64,000 nucleotides of DNA, taken from the NCBI GenBank assembly GCA_024281095.1, contig JAMXLJ010000093.1, positions 14,310 through 78,309 on the forward strand, written 5' to 3'. The position numbers and the translations under genes were made by a program. Source of the stretch: Acidimicrobiia bacterium (lineage in GTDB: Bacteria; Actinomycetota; Acidimicrobiia; IMCC26256; JAMXLJ01). Below the pieces are notes generated by a model. That model worked only from the letters and a program-made list of their open reading frames with translations. It was not told the DNA's origin and searched no databases. Positions 37,883 to 47,601 of the stretch are shown here, piece by piece (within the stretch, counting starts at the first letter, position 1; every line of letters starts with the position of its first letter).

Positions 37883-39064
37883 TCAGGCCTCCGCGAGCAC
37901 TACGACCGAGTTGTGCCCACCCATCCCGATCGACGACTTCAAGGTGATCCCTGGCTGGCGCAGCTGCGCGCCCGCGATCAGCCTCGGGTGCCCGGCGGAG
38001 ACCTGCGGCGGTGCCGGAATGATGCCCGTGTCGTAGGCGAGACACGTGCCCGCGAGCTCGACGGCCGAGGCCGCGCCCTGGCAGTGACCTGCGAGCGGCT
38101 TGAGGGAGTAGACGCCCACCGCATCGGTGAGCAGTGTGTCGAGCACCTCCGCCTCGGCCGCGTCGCACTGCGCGGTGCCGGGGCCGTGAGCGTTGAGGTA
38201 CGCCACGTCCTCCGGTGCGACGCCGGCGCTCGTGAGGGCGTCGTCGAAGCAGCGGCGGATCTGCGCGTGGTCGGGGTTGATGTGCACGACGTGGAAGCCG
38301 TCGTGGTTCATCGATCCGCCGGCGACGCGGAGGTACGGCGCACCGCTCGTGTTCGAGACGACGTATGCGACGGATGCCTCACCCGCGGGGAACCCGCGGC
38401 TGCCCTCCTGGAACGGGCGGCACGCTTCCAGCGCGGGGATGTCGACGATCGCGACGCCGAGATCCACGAAGTGCTTGATGTTCTCGGGAAGGGCCGAGAC
38501 GTCGGTCGCGACCACGACCACGTCGTCCACGATGCCGGCGTCGATCCACATCTTCGCGGTGATGAGCGCGGCGTTTCCGGACGCGCACATTGCGGTGACG
38601 CCCATCGTGGGGCCGTGCCATCCGTGGCGCTGCATCAACAGCGACAGCGGCGTCGACGGCATGAGCTGCAGATAGTCACGGCGGCTGACGCTGGCGTTGC
38701 GCTCCAGCCAGAAGTCGTGCCACAGGTCGACCTCGCCCAGCACGATCGCGTGGATGAGCCCGACGTTCGGACCCGGGCGCCAGCCGCGGTCGGTGGCGTC
38801 CTCGATGGCTTCCTCGGCGGCGAACGTCAGCGCGCCGGAGAACCGGCTCATGCCCGCGGGCCCCTCGTCCGGAATCAGCGCCGCGTACGCGAGGTCGTGG
38901 CCGAGCACGTCGCCGTAACCGGGGTGGGCCACGACCGCCGACTCGCCCGACAGCATGCCGTTCCACAGCAGCTTGCGGCCCCAGCCATAGCCCGTGACGG
39001 TGCCGAGTCCGACGATGCCAGGCTGCGAACGCGCGCGCGACCCTGACTCGAAGCCCGTGCCCAT
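37883..39064 (-). CDS. Beta-ketoacyl synthase (FabF/KAS-like)
   Basis: Cys-His-His triad: MCASG, NAHGPGT, GHCQGA; also CRPF and GMGGHN. Confidence 0.88.
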   Translation of the reverse strand: MGTGFESGSRARSQPGIVGLGTVTGYGWGRKLLWNGMLSGESAVVAHPGYGDVLGHDLAYAALIPDEGPAGMSRFSGALTFAAEEAIEDATDRGWRPGPNVGLIHAIVLGEVDLWHDFWLERNASVSRRDYLQLMPSTPLSLLMQRHGWHGPTMGVTAMCASGNAALITAKMWIDAGIVDDVVVVATDVSALPENIKHFVDLGVAIVDIPALEACRPFQEGSRGFPAGEASVAYVVSNTSGAPYLRVAGGSMNHDGFHVVHINPDHAQIRRCFDDALTSAGVAPEDVAYLNAHGPGTAQCDAAEAEVLDTLLTDAVGVYSLKPLAGHCQGAASAVELAGTCLAYDTGIIPAPPQVSAGHPRLIAGAQLRQPGITLKSSIGMGGHNSVVVLAEA

Positions 39065-39299
39065 GAGGTGCCTCCCGGTCTGTCGCGCACCACCCTGCGC
39101 GTCGGTGCCGACGAACCTGGCCCACCGGGACTGGTCCCTCGGGGCTCATCGGCACGCCCCGCTCTCCGAGAAGCAATATACGGCTGCGCGCGCGTGTGGA
39201 ACCAGAGGCGAAAGTACCCCGTTGGATGAACGACCCAGGGCGTTCGCGCGTGCACTCAGCGCTCTCGCGGGTCGCTATGTGGTGAGTTGCGTACCCGCT

Positions 39300-41711
39300 C
39301 TACCGCACGCGCACACCGGTTTCTTCGGGCAGGCCCGGCCACGTCCACTCGGTGATCTCGGGAAGATCGTCGCCGTACTCGCGCGTGTACTGGCGCGCCT
39401 TCACCCGCATGTCCACCATTTCCTGCCGCAGTCGGGCGGCGCGCGGGCCGAGCCGGGGCACGCGGTCGATGACATCCATCACGAGCCGGAAGCGGTCCAG
39501 GTCGTTCAACAGCACCATGTCGAACGGCGTCGTGGTCGTGCCCTCCTCCTTGTAGCCCCGCACGTGGAGTTGGTCGTGCCCGTGGCGGCGGTACGTGAGG
39601 CGGTGGATCAACCACGGATAGCCGTGGTAGGCGAAGATCACCGGACGGTCCGTCGTGAACAGCGTGTCGTAGTCGCGATCCGACATGCCGTGCGGATGCT
39701 CCGAGTCCGGTTGGAGCCTCATGAGATCGACCACGTTGACGACGCGGACCTTCAGCTCGGGAAGATGACGGTGCAGGAGGTCGGCGGCCGCGAGCACCTC
39801 CAGCGTCGGGACGTCGCCCGCGCACGCAAGCACGACGTCGGGCTCCCCGTCCGAGTCGTTGCTCGCGAACTCCCAGATCCCGACCCCGCGGGTGCAGTGG
39901 AGGATCGCGTCTTCGATGGCGAGCCAGTCCAGCGCCGGGTACTTCTGTGCGACGACGACGTTGACGTAGTCGCGGCTGCGCAAGCAGTGGTCGGCGACCG
40001 ACAACAGGCAGTTCGTGTCGGGCGGGAGGTACACCCGGATGATCTCCGCCTTCTTGTTCACCACGTCGTCGATGAAACCGGGATCCTGGTGCGAGAACCC
40101 GTTGTGGTCCTGACGCCAGACGTGCGACGACAGCAGGTAATTCAGGGACGCGACCGGCCGGCGCCACGTGAGCGTCCGGCTCACCTTCAGCCACTTCGCG
40201 TGCTGGTTGAACATCGAGTCGACGATGTGGGTGAACGCCTCGTAGCAATTGAACATCCCGTGACGGCCGGTCAGGAGATAGCCCTCCAACCACCCCTGAC
40301 ACGTGTGCTCGCTGAGGATCTCCATGACGCGACCGGACGGCGCGAGATGTTCGTCGACCGGGAGGATCTTCTCGAGCCACACCTTGTCCGTCGCCTCGTA
40401 CACCGCGTCGAGGCGATTCGATGCCGTCTCGTCCGGCCCGAAGAGACGGAAGTTCCGGTACGGGTCGTTGAGTTTCACCACATCGCGCAAGAACTGCCCG
40501 AGCACGTGTGTCGCCGCCGAGCGGGTCGTGCCGGGCTTGTCCACCTCGACCGCGTACGAGCGGAAGTCCGGCAGCACGAGACCGCGCAGGAGCAGGCCGC
40601 CGTTCGCGTGCGGGTTGGCTCCCATCCGCCGGTCGCCGCGGGGAAGCCAGTCGAGCAGCTCGGGCCGCGGCACGCCCCGATCGTCGAACAGCTCGTCGGG
40701 GCGGTAGCTGCGCATCCACTGCTCGAGCAGCGCGCGGTGATCGTCACGTGTGCGGACCTCGGCGAGCGGCACCTGGTGGGCCCGCCACGTGCCCTCGACC
40801 GGCACCCCGTCGACCTCCTTCGGGCCCGTCCATCCCTTCGGAGTGCGCAGCACGATCATGGGCCAGCGCGGGCGCGCCCGATCACCGCCGTCTCGCGCGC
40901 GGCGCTGGATGGCCGCGATCTCGTCGACGACCTCGTCGAGGGTCGCCGCGAGCTGTTGGTGAACGGACGCGGGGTCGTCGCCCTCGACGAGATACGGAGT
41001 CCAGCCGGTGCCTTCGAAGAACGCCGCCAACTCGTCGTCGCCGACCCGCGCGAAAACCGTCGGGTTCGCGATCTTGTAGCCGTTGAGGGCCAGGATCGGC
41101 AGCACCGCCCCGTCGCCCACGGGGTCGAGGAACTTGTTTCCGTGCCACGACGTCGCAAGGGGCCCCGTCTCGGCCTCGCCGTCGCCGACGACACACGCGA
41201 CGAGCAGATCGGGATTGTCGAACGCGGCTCCGAACGCATGGCTCAACGAGTAGCCGAGCTCTCCGCCTTCGTGGATCGACCCGGGCGTCTCCGGCGCGAC
41301 GTGGCTCGGGATCCCGCCGGGAAACGAGAACTGGCGGAACAACTCGGCCATGCCGACCTCGTCCTGCGGCACGTTCGAGTAGATCTCCGAGTACGTGCCT
41401 TCGAGCCAGGAGTTCGCCACGATCGCCGGGCCTCCGTGACCGGGCCCGATGACATACATCGCGTCGAGATCGCGGCGCGCGATTTCGCGGTTCAGATGCG
41501 CGTAGACGAGGTTGAGGCCGGGCGTGGTACCCCAGTGACCGAGCAGGCGCGGCTTGATGTCGTCGGCCTCGAGCGGCTCTCGCAGCAGCGGGTTGCGCAT
41601 GAGGTAGATCTGCCCCACCGACAAGTAGTTCGCCGCCCGCCAATAGGCGTGGACGCGGTCGAGCTCGGCCGGCGCGAGCGGTGTGCGCGACACCGTTCTC
41701 ATCTCGCCCAT
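39300..41711 (-). CDS. xfp: Phosphoketolase (xylulose-5-P/fructose-6-P)
   Basis: [32 protein letters not shown] (ThDP motif), [27 protein letters not shown]. Confidence 0.96.
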   Translation of the reverse strand: MGEMRTVSRTPLAPAELDRVHAYWRAANYLSVGQIYLMRNPLLREPLEADDIKPRLLGHWGTTPGLNLVYAHLNREIARRDLDAMYVIGPGHGGPAIVANSWLEGTYSEIYSNVPQDEVGMAELFRQFSFPGGIPSHVAPETPGSIHEGGELGYSLSHAFGAAFDNPDLLVACVVGDGEAETGPLATSWHGNKFLDPVGDGAVLPILALNGYKIANPTVFARVGDDELAAFFEGTGWTPYLVEGDDPASVHQQLAATLDEVVDEIAAIQRRARDGGDRARPRWPMIVLRTPKGWTGPKEVDGVPVEGTWRAHQVPLAEVRTRDDHRALLEQWMRSYRPDELFDDRGVPRPELLDWLPRGDRRMGANPHANGGLLLRGLVLPDFRSYAVEVDKPGTTRSAATHVLGQFLRDVVKLNDPYRNFRLFGPDETASNRLDAVYEATDKVWLEKILPVDEHLAPSGRVMEILSEHTCQGWLEGYLLTGRHGMFNCYEAFTHIVDSMFNQHAKWLKVSRTLTWRRPVASLNYLLSSHVWRQDHNGFSHQDPGFIDDVVNKKAEIIRVYLPPDTNCLLSVADHCLRSRDYVNVVVAQKYPALDWLAIEDAILHCTRGVGIWEFASNDSDGEPDVVLACAGDVPTLEVLAAADLLHRHLPELKVRVVNVVDLMRLQPDSEHPHGMSDRDYDTLFTTDRPVIFAYHGYPWLIHRLTYRRHGHDQLHVRGYKEEGTTTTPFDMVLLNDLDRFRLVMDVIDRVPRLGPRAARLRQEMVDMRVKARQYTREYGDDLPEITEWTWPGLPEETGVRVR

Positions 41712-41831
41712 GGGGCCTCCCCTCCTTCGCCGGCTTCCCGGCCTCGGCAAGGCTCTCGCACCGCCGCGGACGGCTCAAGGCCGACGAAGAGTGGCCGATG
41801 AGACACGAACGGATCGACAAGAAGGCCGAAC

Positions 41832-42989
41832 TTGGGGCGACGCTCGTCGGTCGGCTCTCGGAACGTCGACACGCCCGTCGATGCACCGCGTGCCGGACGT
41901 GACCAAAGTCTGAAGCACGATGTCGCCGGCACGCGCGCGAGCGCGGACGCCGATTTCTGGCTGCGCCACCTCAATCTCGGCCTGCTCCTGTACGGGGTGT
42001 CGATCTCGGTCAGCCTCCTGTATCTCATGCTCGTGCCAGGCCCGAACCGGCCGGTGCTGCTGGTGCTCGCGGCCGTTGCGATGCTGTCGCTCCTCGTCGT
42101 GTTCGCACTGCCGCGACGCGCGATCGCCGCGTCACCGCATCGCATGCGGTTCTTCTACACGTGGACCGGGTTCAGCGTGACGTTCGTGTTGGTGGTCGCG
42201 TCGTTCGACCGAGGCGCCGGCAGCCCGTTGTGCCTGCTCCTGTTCTTCGCAGTCGTGTACTGCGGCCTCGCCTACCCGCCGGTCGCGGTCGCGGTCACGA
42301 CTGCGGCGGCAACGACCGGGTATCTCCTGCTCACCGTCGCCGAGGACTCGGCGAGCGGCTTCCCGCTCATGACCGTGGTCGTGCTCATCGGCCTCGGGGC
42401 GGTGTCGGCCTTCGCGGCGGAGGCACGCGAGCGCGTGCGCTGGACACTGGACGTACTCGCGACGCAGGACGGTCTGACGGGCTGCCTCACCCATCGCGCG
42501 TTCCATGATCGCCTCACCGCGGAGATGGCGCGTGCCGAGCGACACCGGCGACCGCTGTCGGTCGTCATCGTCGACCTCGACCACTTCAAGCGGGTCAACG
42601 ACAGCTTGGGCCACCTCGCGGGCGACGAGCTGCTCCGGGTGGTGGGCGCGGTCCTGCGCGCGGGGCTGCGCGTCGGCGACGTCGCGGGCCGGCTGGGCGG
42701 CGACGAGTTCGCCCTCCTGCTTCCCGACACCACCCTCGACGGCGCGGTCGCGCTGGCCCAGCGCCGGCTCGACGACCTCGAGACGCGCGACATCAGCGCG
42801 ACATTCGGCGTCGCGCAGAACTGCATCCCGCCCGGCATGGGAAGCGACTGCCCGACCGACGCGAACCTGCTGCTGCGCCGGGCCGACGACGCGCTGTATC
42901 GCGCGAAGAAGCTCGGGCGGCGGCGCGTGCTCGATCACCGCTGCGCCTGTCGCGGCCGCATCCACGCCGACCTTGTCCACATCGGGTGA
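41832..42989 (+). CDS. Membrane-bound diguanylate cyclase (GGDEF)
   Basis: ~6 TM helices, DGLTG, DLDHFKRVNDSLGH, RLGGDEF. Start uncertain. Confidence 0.88.
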   Translation: MGRRSSVGSRNVDTPVDAPRAGRDQSLKHDVAGTRASADADFWLRHLNLGLLLYGVSISVSLLYLMLVPGPNRPVLLVLAAVAMLSLLVVFALPRRAIAASPHRMRFFYTWTGFSVTFVLVVASFDRGAGSPLCLLLFFAVVYCGLAYPPVAVAVTTAAATTGYLLLTVAEDSASGFPLMTVVVLIGLGAVSAFAAEARERVRWTLDVLATQDGLTGCLTHRAFHDRLTAEMARAERHRRPLSVVIVDLDHFKRVNDSLGHLAGDELLRVVGAVLRAGLRVGDVAGRLGGDEFALLLPDTTLDGAVALAQRRLDDLETRDISATFGVAQNCIPPGMGSDCPTDANLLLRRADDALYRAKKLGRRRVLDHRCACRGRIHADLVHIG

Positions 42990-43007
42990 CCGGGAGAAGC
43001 CCCCGGG

Positions 43008-43676
43008 TCAGAAGCCGAGTTCCCGGGGCGGCAGCGTGCTCGGCCCGACGTGGCGGTCGAGCCAGCGGTTGACAGGCGCCGCATCGCGCCACACCTCGAC
43101 GATGCGGTCCAGCGCTCGTTTCGTGTGCAGCCAGCGCGCCGGTGCGAACGTGCGGCCCACGGTGAGGCCCTTGCTCCGAAGCAGGTCAACCCGTGGATGG
43201 TCCTTCGGGTAACCGCGAGGCGCAGACTTGAGCGACTCGTGCGCGGCGATCTCGTACCGCTTGGCCCGCATCCGCTCGACCTCTCGAGCCAGCCTCGCGC
43301 CAGTGCGCGCGTCGGCAACCGAGCGACGCCACCGCTCCAGCTGATCCGCCGCGAGGACGTAGTACCCCGACGCCACAAGGAGCCCCTCGGCCGAGATCTG
43401 CACGTAGTACCCCGCACCGCCCGGTCCCTCGGTGACCGCGGCCGCGCTCGTCTTGTACGGGCTCTTGTCGCGAGCGAAGCGCACGTCGCGGTACGGGCGG
43501 AAGAGGTGGAGCGTCCCGAACTCGCGTTCTACTTCGGCCGCGAGCGCGAGGAACGGAGCCTTGACGGCCGACTCGTAGACATCGCGGTGCGCCTGCCAGT
43601 ACGACTTCGAGTTGTCGGTCTCGAGCCCGGCGAAAAACTCGAGCGCTTCGGCAGGCCAGCCGGCGAACGCGCGCAC
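43008..43676 (-). CDS. DUF2461 family protein
   Basis: FRPYRDVRFARDKSPYKT and LKSAPRGYPKDHPR motifs. Confidence 0.85.
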   Translation of the reverse strand: MRAFAGWPAEALEFFAGLETDNSKSYWQAHRDVYESAVKAPFLALAAEVEREFGTLHLFRPYRDVRFARDKSPYKTSAAAVTEGPGGAGYYVQISAEGLLVASGYYVLAADQLERWRRSVADARTGARLAREVERMRAKRYEIAAHESLKSAPRGYPKDHPRVDLLRSKGLTVGRTFAPARWLHTKRALDRIVEVWRDAAPVNRWLDRHVGPSTLPPRELGF

Positions 43677-43683
43677 GCTGTGT

Positions 43684-45105
43684 CTACGCGGCGGCGTCGA
43701 AGACGGCGCGCGGTGCGTTGGTGCGGTTCACCACCACGCCGATCACGTTGGCGCCACCACGTCGCAGTGCCTCGATCGCGGCGCGCACCGCACCTTTGCG
43801 GCTCGACTTCATGTCGAGCACGAAGACGGTCGCGTCGCACTGCGACGCGACCGCGAGCGCGTCCGCGAACAGCGAAACCGGAGGCGTGTCGACCACGACG
43901 AGCCTCATGCTCCGCAGCTGGTCGAGCACCGAGCGGAACGCGCGCGCGCCGAGCAGGGCCGACGGGTCGTCGCCGGAGCTTCCGCTGGGCAACACGCGCA
44001 GGGCGCTGCCGCTACGCACCCTGCGCAGCGCCGCGGCGACGTCGGCGCCCTGCAAGACGCCAGTCAACCCCGGTGCGCGGCGGACCCCGAACTGCTCGTG
44101 CGCCGAGGGCCGGCGCAGGTCTGCGTCGACGAAGACAACCTGGTCCTCGACCGCGGCCGCGGCTTCGGCGAGCTGCACCGCGACGAATGTCTTTCCGGCT
44201 TCGGGATTCGCGCTGACGACCGCGACGGTCCGCGGCTTCGCGGCACCCGACAGGAACATCAGGTTCGTCCGCAGGGTGCGGATCGACTCGAGCGTCTCGC
44301 CCGACTTGCCGCTCGGCACCCGCGCGAGCACCGGGAGCCCGAGTTCGCGCATCATCTCAGTCTCGTCGAGGCTCGAGAACCGGTCCGCCCGGTTCGATCG
44401 CAGCACCCACAACTCCGACGCGATCAACGCAGCCGCGATGAACGCGAACTCGGCGTCGCGCCCCGGCTTCGGAGAGATCGGCTTGCCGTCGCTCGCGCCG
44501 GATGCGATCGACGTGACCACGTCGGTGGGCAGCGCGGCCCGCTGGGCCAGGGCGGACTGCAATCCGGCCAGTCGAACGCGCAACAGCGCCGCCTCACGAC
44601 TCTGCGGCGACAGGCGCGCGAGCTGTTCGTTGATTCGCGTCCGCTCCGCCTGCAGGTCCGCGGTGTTGGTCTTGTAGATCGCGGCGAACCTGTTCTTCGT
44701 CGCGTTGACCAATCCGTCGGTGACGCCCTTCGCCAGACCAACCGCGTCGTGCACCGACGGGCCGTTGGCCTTCACCAGCAGCACGCCGAGGGCGACATTG
44801 TCGACCGAGAGCCGGCTCTGCGCGGTGGCGAGGTCTGCGTGCACGCCGTTGCTCTCGATCGCCTGCGTGACGATCATCGAGGACTTGCCGAGCGTCGCGT
44901 AGATGTCGGTGACGTACTGGGTCTGGCTGGTGTCGCCGAAGCCGACGAGCGAGGCACCGCTCACGACCTGGACGACCCCGAGGGCCTGATACTGCTTCGG
45001 AGCCTGCTTGCGGACCGCGTACGTGACCCCGGCGACGAGCACCGCGACGATGAGGATCCTCCACCATCCCGCGAGGATCGTGCGGAAGTGTTCGCCGACG
45101 TCCAC
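43684..45105 (-). CDS. Polysaccharide co-polymerase / tyrosine autokinase (CpsD/CapB, Wzc-like)
   Basis: Wzz-like TM region, PISPKP, ESIRTLRTNL, SANPEAGKT Walker A, DADLRRP, VDTPP. Confidence 0.88.
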   Translation of the reverse strand: MDVGEHFRTILAGWWRILIVAVLVAGVTYAVRKQAPKQYQALGVVQVVSGASLVGFGDTSQTQYVTDIYATLGKSSMIVTQAIESNGVHADLATAQSRLSVDNVALGVLLVKANGPSVHDAVGLAKGVTDGLVNATKNRFAAIYKTNTADLQAERTRINEQLARLSPQSREAALLRVRLAGLQSALAQRAALPTDVVTSIASGASDGKPISPKPGRDAEFAFIAAALIASELWVLRSNRADRFSSLDETEMMRELGLPVLARVPSGKSGETLESIRTLRTNLMFLSGAAKPRTVAVVSANPEAGKTFVAVQLAEAAAAVEDQVVFVDADLRRPSAHEQFGVRRAPGLTGVLQGADVAAALRRVRSGSALRVLPSGSSGDDPSALLGARAFRSVLDQLRSMRLVVVDTPPVSLFADALAVASQCDATVFVLDMKSSRKGAVRAAIEALRRGGANVIGVVVNRTNAPRAVFDAAA

Positions 45106-45180
45106 CGGGGCATCCTACGAGGCGGCCGGCGCCACGCGACGCGCACCCGCACGGCCCCGCCGATAGGGTGGCCGGCGCCT

Positions 45181-45705
45181 GTGGACGACTTGACCCGCCT
45201 CTTCGTCGACGCCCGCGACGGCGATCGCCTGGCGCTGGCGTCCGCAATCCGTGCCACCCAGGCCGACGTGTGGCGGTTCGTGGCGAGCCTCGTCGGGCGG
45301 GATGATGCCGACGACGTCACCCAGGACGCGTACCTCCGGATGTGCCGGGCCCTTCCCCGGTTCCGCGCCGAGTCGAGCGCCCGCACGTGGCTCCTCGTGA
45401 TCGCCCGCCGTGCCTGCGTCGACCTGCTGCGGCGTCGCGGCCGCGAGCAGCGGCGTGCCGCGTCCCGCGACCCGGACCGCCGCCTCGAAGCCGAGGCCGG
45501 GCCCGAAGTCAGCGTTCCGCTCGACGCAATGGTGCGGGCCTTGGCGTCCGAGCGGCGCGATGCCTTCGTGCTCACCCAGTTGCTCGGCTGCTCCTACGAC
45601 GACGCGGCCACGATCTGCGACGTCCCCGTGGGCACCATCCGGTCCCGCGTCGCCCGCGCCCGCGAAGATCTCGTCTCCGCGCTGGCGACCGCCGAAGCGA
45701 TCTGA
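45181..45705 (+). CDS. ECF RNA polymerase sigma factor (SigC-like)
   Basis: TQADVWRF, ADDVTQD, SSARTWLL.IARR, AFVLTQLLG.SY, VGTIRSRVARAR. Confidence 0.9.
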   Translation: MDDLTRLFVDARDGDRLALASAIRATQADVWRFVASLVGRDDADDVTQDAYLRMCRALPRFRAESSARTWLLVIARRACVDLLRRRGREQRRAASRDPDRRLEAEAGPEVSVPLDAMVRALASERRDAFVLTQLLGCSYDDAATICDVPVGTIRSRVARAREDLVSALATAEAI

Positions 45706-45788
45706 CCGGGGCCCGCGACCGACCGATGGTGGAAGTTCGCGAGTATCGGCGCAATCACCGCGCCGCGACTCCCCCTGGAAGCATCACG

Positions 45789-46679
45789 ATGAACAGACAC
45801 CAGCATGACGAACCCATCGCCTCGATGCTCTCGCGTCGGTCCTTCCTCGCCGCGACGGGCGGCCTGCTGCTCGCCGCGGCCTGCGGCTCCAACGGAGGCG
45901 GCTCGAGTCGGGGCGGCGCGGGCTCGGCCGCGAAGAACAACGTCGTGAATCCGGGGCTGCTGTCGATCGAGCCGTACGCGTCGACCGCGCCGGAACGCAT
46001 CGCCTTCGCGCTGGCGGACTTCAACGGACGGTGGATCGCGGGACCACCCGCGACCGTCGCGATGCAGCCGCCCGGCGGTCAACTCGGAGCGCCCGTGCCG
46101 GCCGCGCTGCACGCCGAGGGCCTGCCGCCGGGGCGCGGTGTCTACGTGGTCGACGTCCCGCTCGCCGCCGGAATCTGGAACGCAGTCGTGCAGGTCCCCG
46201 GGCGGTTGCCCGCCAAACTGGTCTGGCAGGCGACCGCGACGCCGACCGTCGTCGTGCCGGGCGCCAAAGCACCGGCGACACCGTCGCCGACGGTCACGAA
46301 CACGATGGGCGTCGATCCCCTGTGCACGCGGGTGCCGGCCTGCCCGCTGCACTCGGTCTCGCTCGACCAGGCGCTCGCCTCCGCTCGGCCCGTCGCGGTG
46401 ATGTTCGCCACGCCGGCGCGGTGCCAGTCGCGTTACTGCGGCCCGGTGTTGGACCAGCTGCTCGCGCTCTCCGCCGCCTACCGTGACCGGGTGCAGCTCA
46501 TCCATGTCGAGATCTACAAGGACGCCACGAGCGACGCCCTCGTGCCCACCGTCGATCAGTGGAAGCTCCCCGGCGAGCCGTGGTTGTTCGGCATCGACCG
46601 CAGCGGGACGGTGGCCGGCCGTCTCGACGGAGCGATGGGCACCGACGAGGTGCGCGCGCTGCTCGACAAGATCGTGTGA
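45789..46679 (+). CDS. Tat lipoprotein with a Cys-rich thioredoxin-like C-terminal domain
   Basis: SRRSFL twin-Arg plus LAAAC lipobox; LCTRVPACPLH, FATPARCQSRYCGP, HVEIY, EPWLF. Confidence 0.75.
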   Translation: MNRHQHDEPIASMLSRRSFLAATGGLLLAAACGSNGGGSSRGGAGSAAKNNVVNPGLLSIEPYASTAPERIAFALADFNGRWIAGPPATVAMQPPGGQLGAPVPAALHAEGLPPGRGVYVVDVPLAAGIWNAVVQVPGRLPAKLVWQATATPTVVVPGAKAPATPSPTVTNTMGVDPLCTRVPACPLHSVSLDQALASARPVAVMFATPARCQSRYCGPVLDQLLALSAAYRDRVQLIHVEIYKDATSDALVPTVDQWKLPGEPWLFGIDRSGTVAGRLDGAMGTDEVRALLDKIV

Positions 46680-47584
46680 ACGACCGCGGCGAGGCCGTCC
46701 TCGTCGAGGCACTCGAGGTCGTCGAAGCGCGCCCGCGACGGACGCTCGGCGTGCTCGCGGGCATCGCGGCCGCGGGTGTCCTCGTGGTGTATGCGCTCGG
46801 GGTGCGCACCGCGTGGGGTCAGCGCCTCGACGCGACGGCGCTCAGCGGCAGGCGCGAGCTCCGAACGCGAGCGGTGCATGCCGCGGCGCGACTGCTCACC
46901 ACGATCGACGTCGCGTCACTCCTGCTGTTGGGCGGCGCGATCGTGCTCGTGGCCCTGCTGCGTGCGCGCCCGCGCCTGGCCGCCGGCGCCGGCACCGTCA
47001 TCGCCGGTTCGATTCTCACGACGGAGCTGCTCAAACGGGTGGTGCTCACGCGACCCGACTTCGGCATCGTCGACGCGCTGGGGATGCGCGCCAGCTATCC
47101 GAGCGGCCATACGACCGTCGCGATGTCGCTCGGTGTTGCGGCGACGATGGTCGCACCGCGCCGCTGGCGGACGTTCGTCGGCGTGATCGGCGCGACGTAT
47201 GCATCCGCGATCGGCGTCGCAGTCGTCGCGACGGCGAACCACCGGCCGAGCGATCCGATCGGCGCGGCACTTGTCGTCACCGCCTGGGCCGCCGCGGTCT
47301 CGGCGCTACTCGTCGACCGCGACACGCGTGCGCCGCATCGACCGTCGCCGGATCGTGCCGGTGCGATCCCCTGGATCGCACTCGCGGGATTGGTGCTCCT
47401 CGTCGTCGCGTTCGTCGGCCTGGCGGCCACCGTCGTCGCGATCCGCAGGAACCGGCTCGACACGATCGAGCTCGGCGGCGCGTTCGCGGCATCGGCGACC
47501 GCAATCGTGGGGACCATCGTGCTCGGTACGGCAGCGCTCCTCGGAGTACTGCGCGGGATCGAGCTCGACCGCCCCTCGCGCTGA
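46676..47584 (+). CDS. PAP2 family membrane phosphatase
   Basis: LLK.....RP, SYPSGH and HRPSD motifs; GTGA overlap with the upstream gene. Confidence 0.85.
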   Translation: MNDRGEAVLVEALEVVEARPRRTLGVLAGIAAAGVLVVYALGVRTAWGQRLDATALSGRRELRTRAVHAAARLLTTIDVASLLLLGGAIVLVALLRARPRLAAGAGTVIAGSILTTELLKRVVLTRPDFGIVDALGMRASYPSGHTTVAMSLGVAATMVAPRRWRTFVGVIGATYASAIGVAVVATANHRPSDPIGAALVVTAWAAAVSALLVDRDTRAPHRPSPDRAGAIPWIALAGLVLLVVAFVGLAATVVAIRRNRLDTIELGGAFAASATAIVGTIVLGTAALLGVLRGIELDRPSR

Positions 47585-47601
47585 CGACGCCCCGGAACGG
47601 A

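Noticed and set aside
39158-39170. 13-bp inverted match to the 62-bp repeat, suggesting terminal inverted repeats around the KAS gene
   Set aside because: A short GC-rich match like this is plausible by chance; there is no transposase or target-site duplication.
36290-41801. Very long plus-strand ORFs (918 and 935 aa) and similar antisense ORFs throughout the window
   Set aside because: They are antisense shadows of high-GC genes with Arg/Pro/Gly-rich, motif-free translations.
45720-45788. SigC-type promoter downstream of the ECF sigma gene
   Set aside because: CGACT is present, but there is no GGAAC -35 at the correct spacing.
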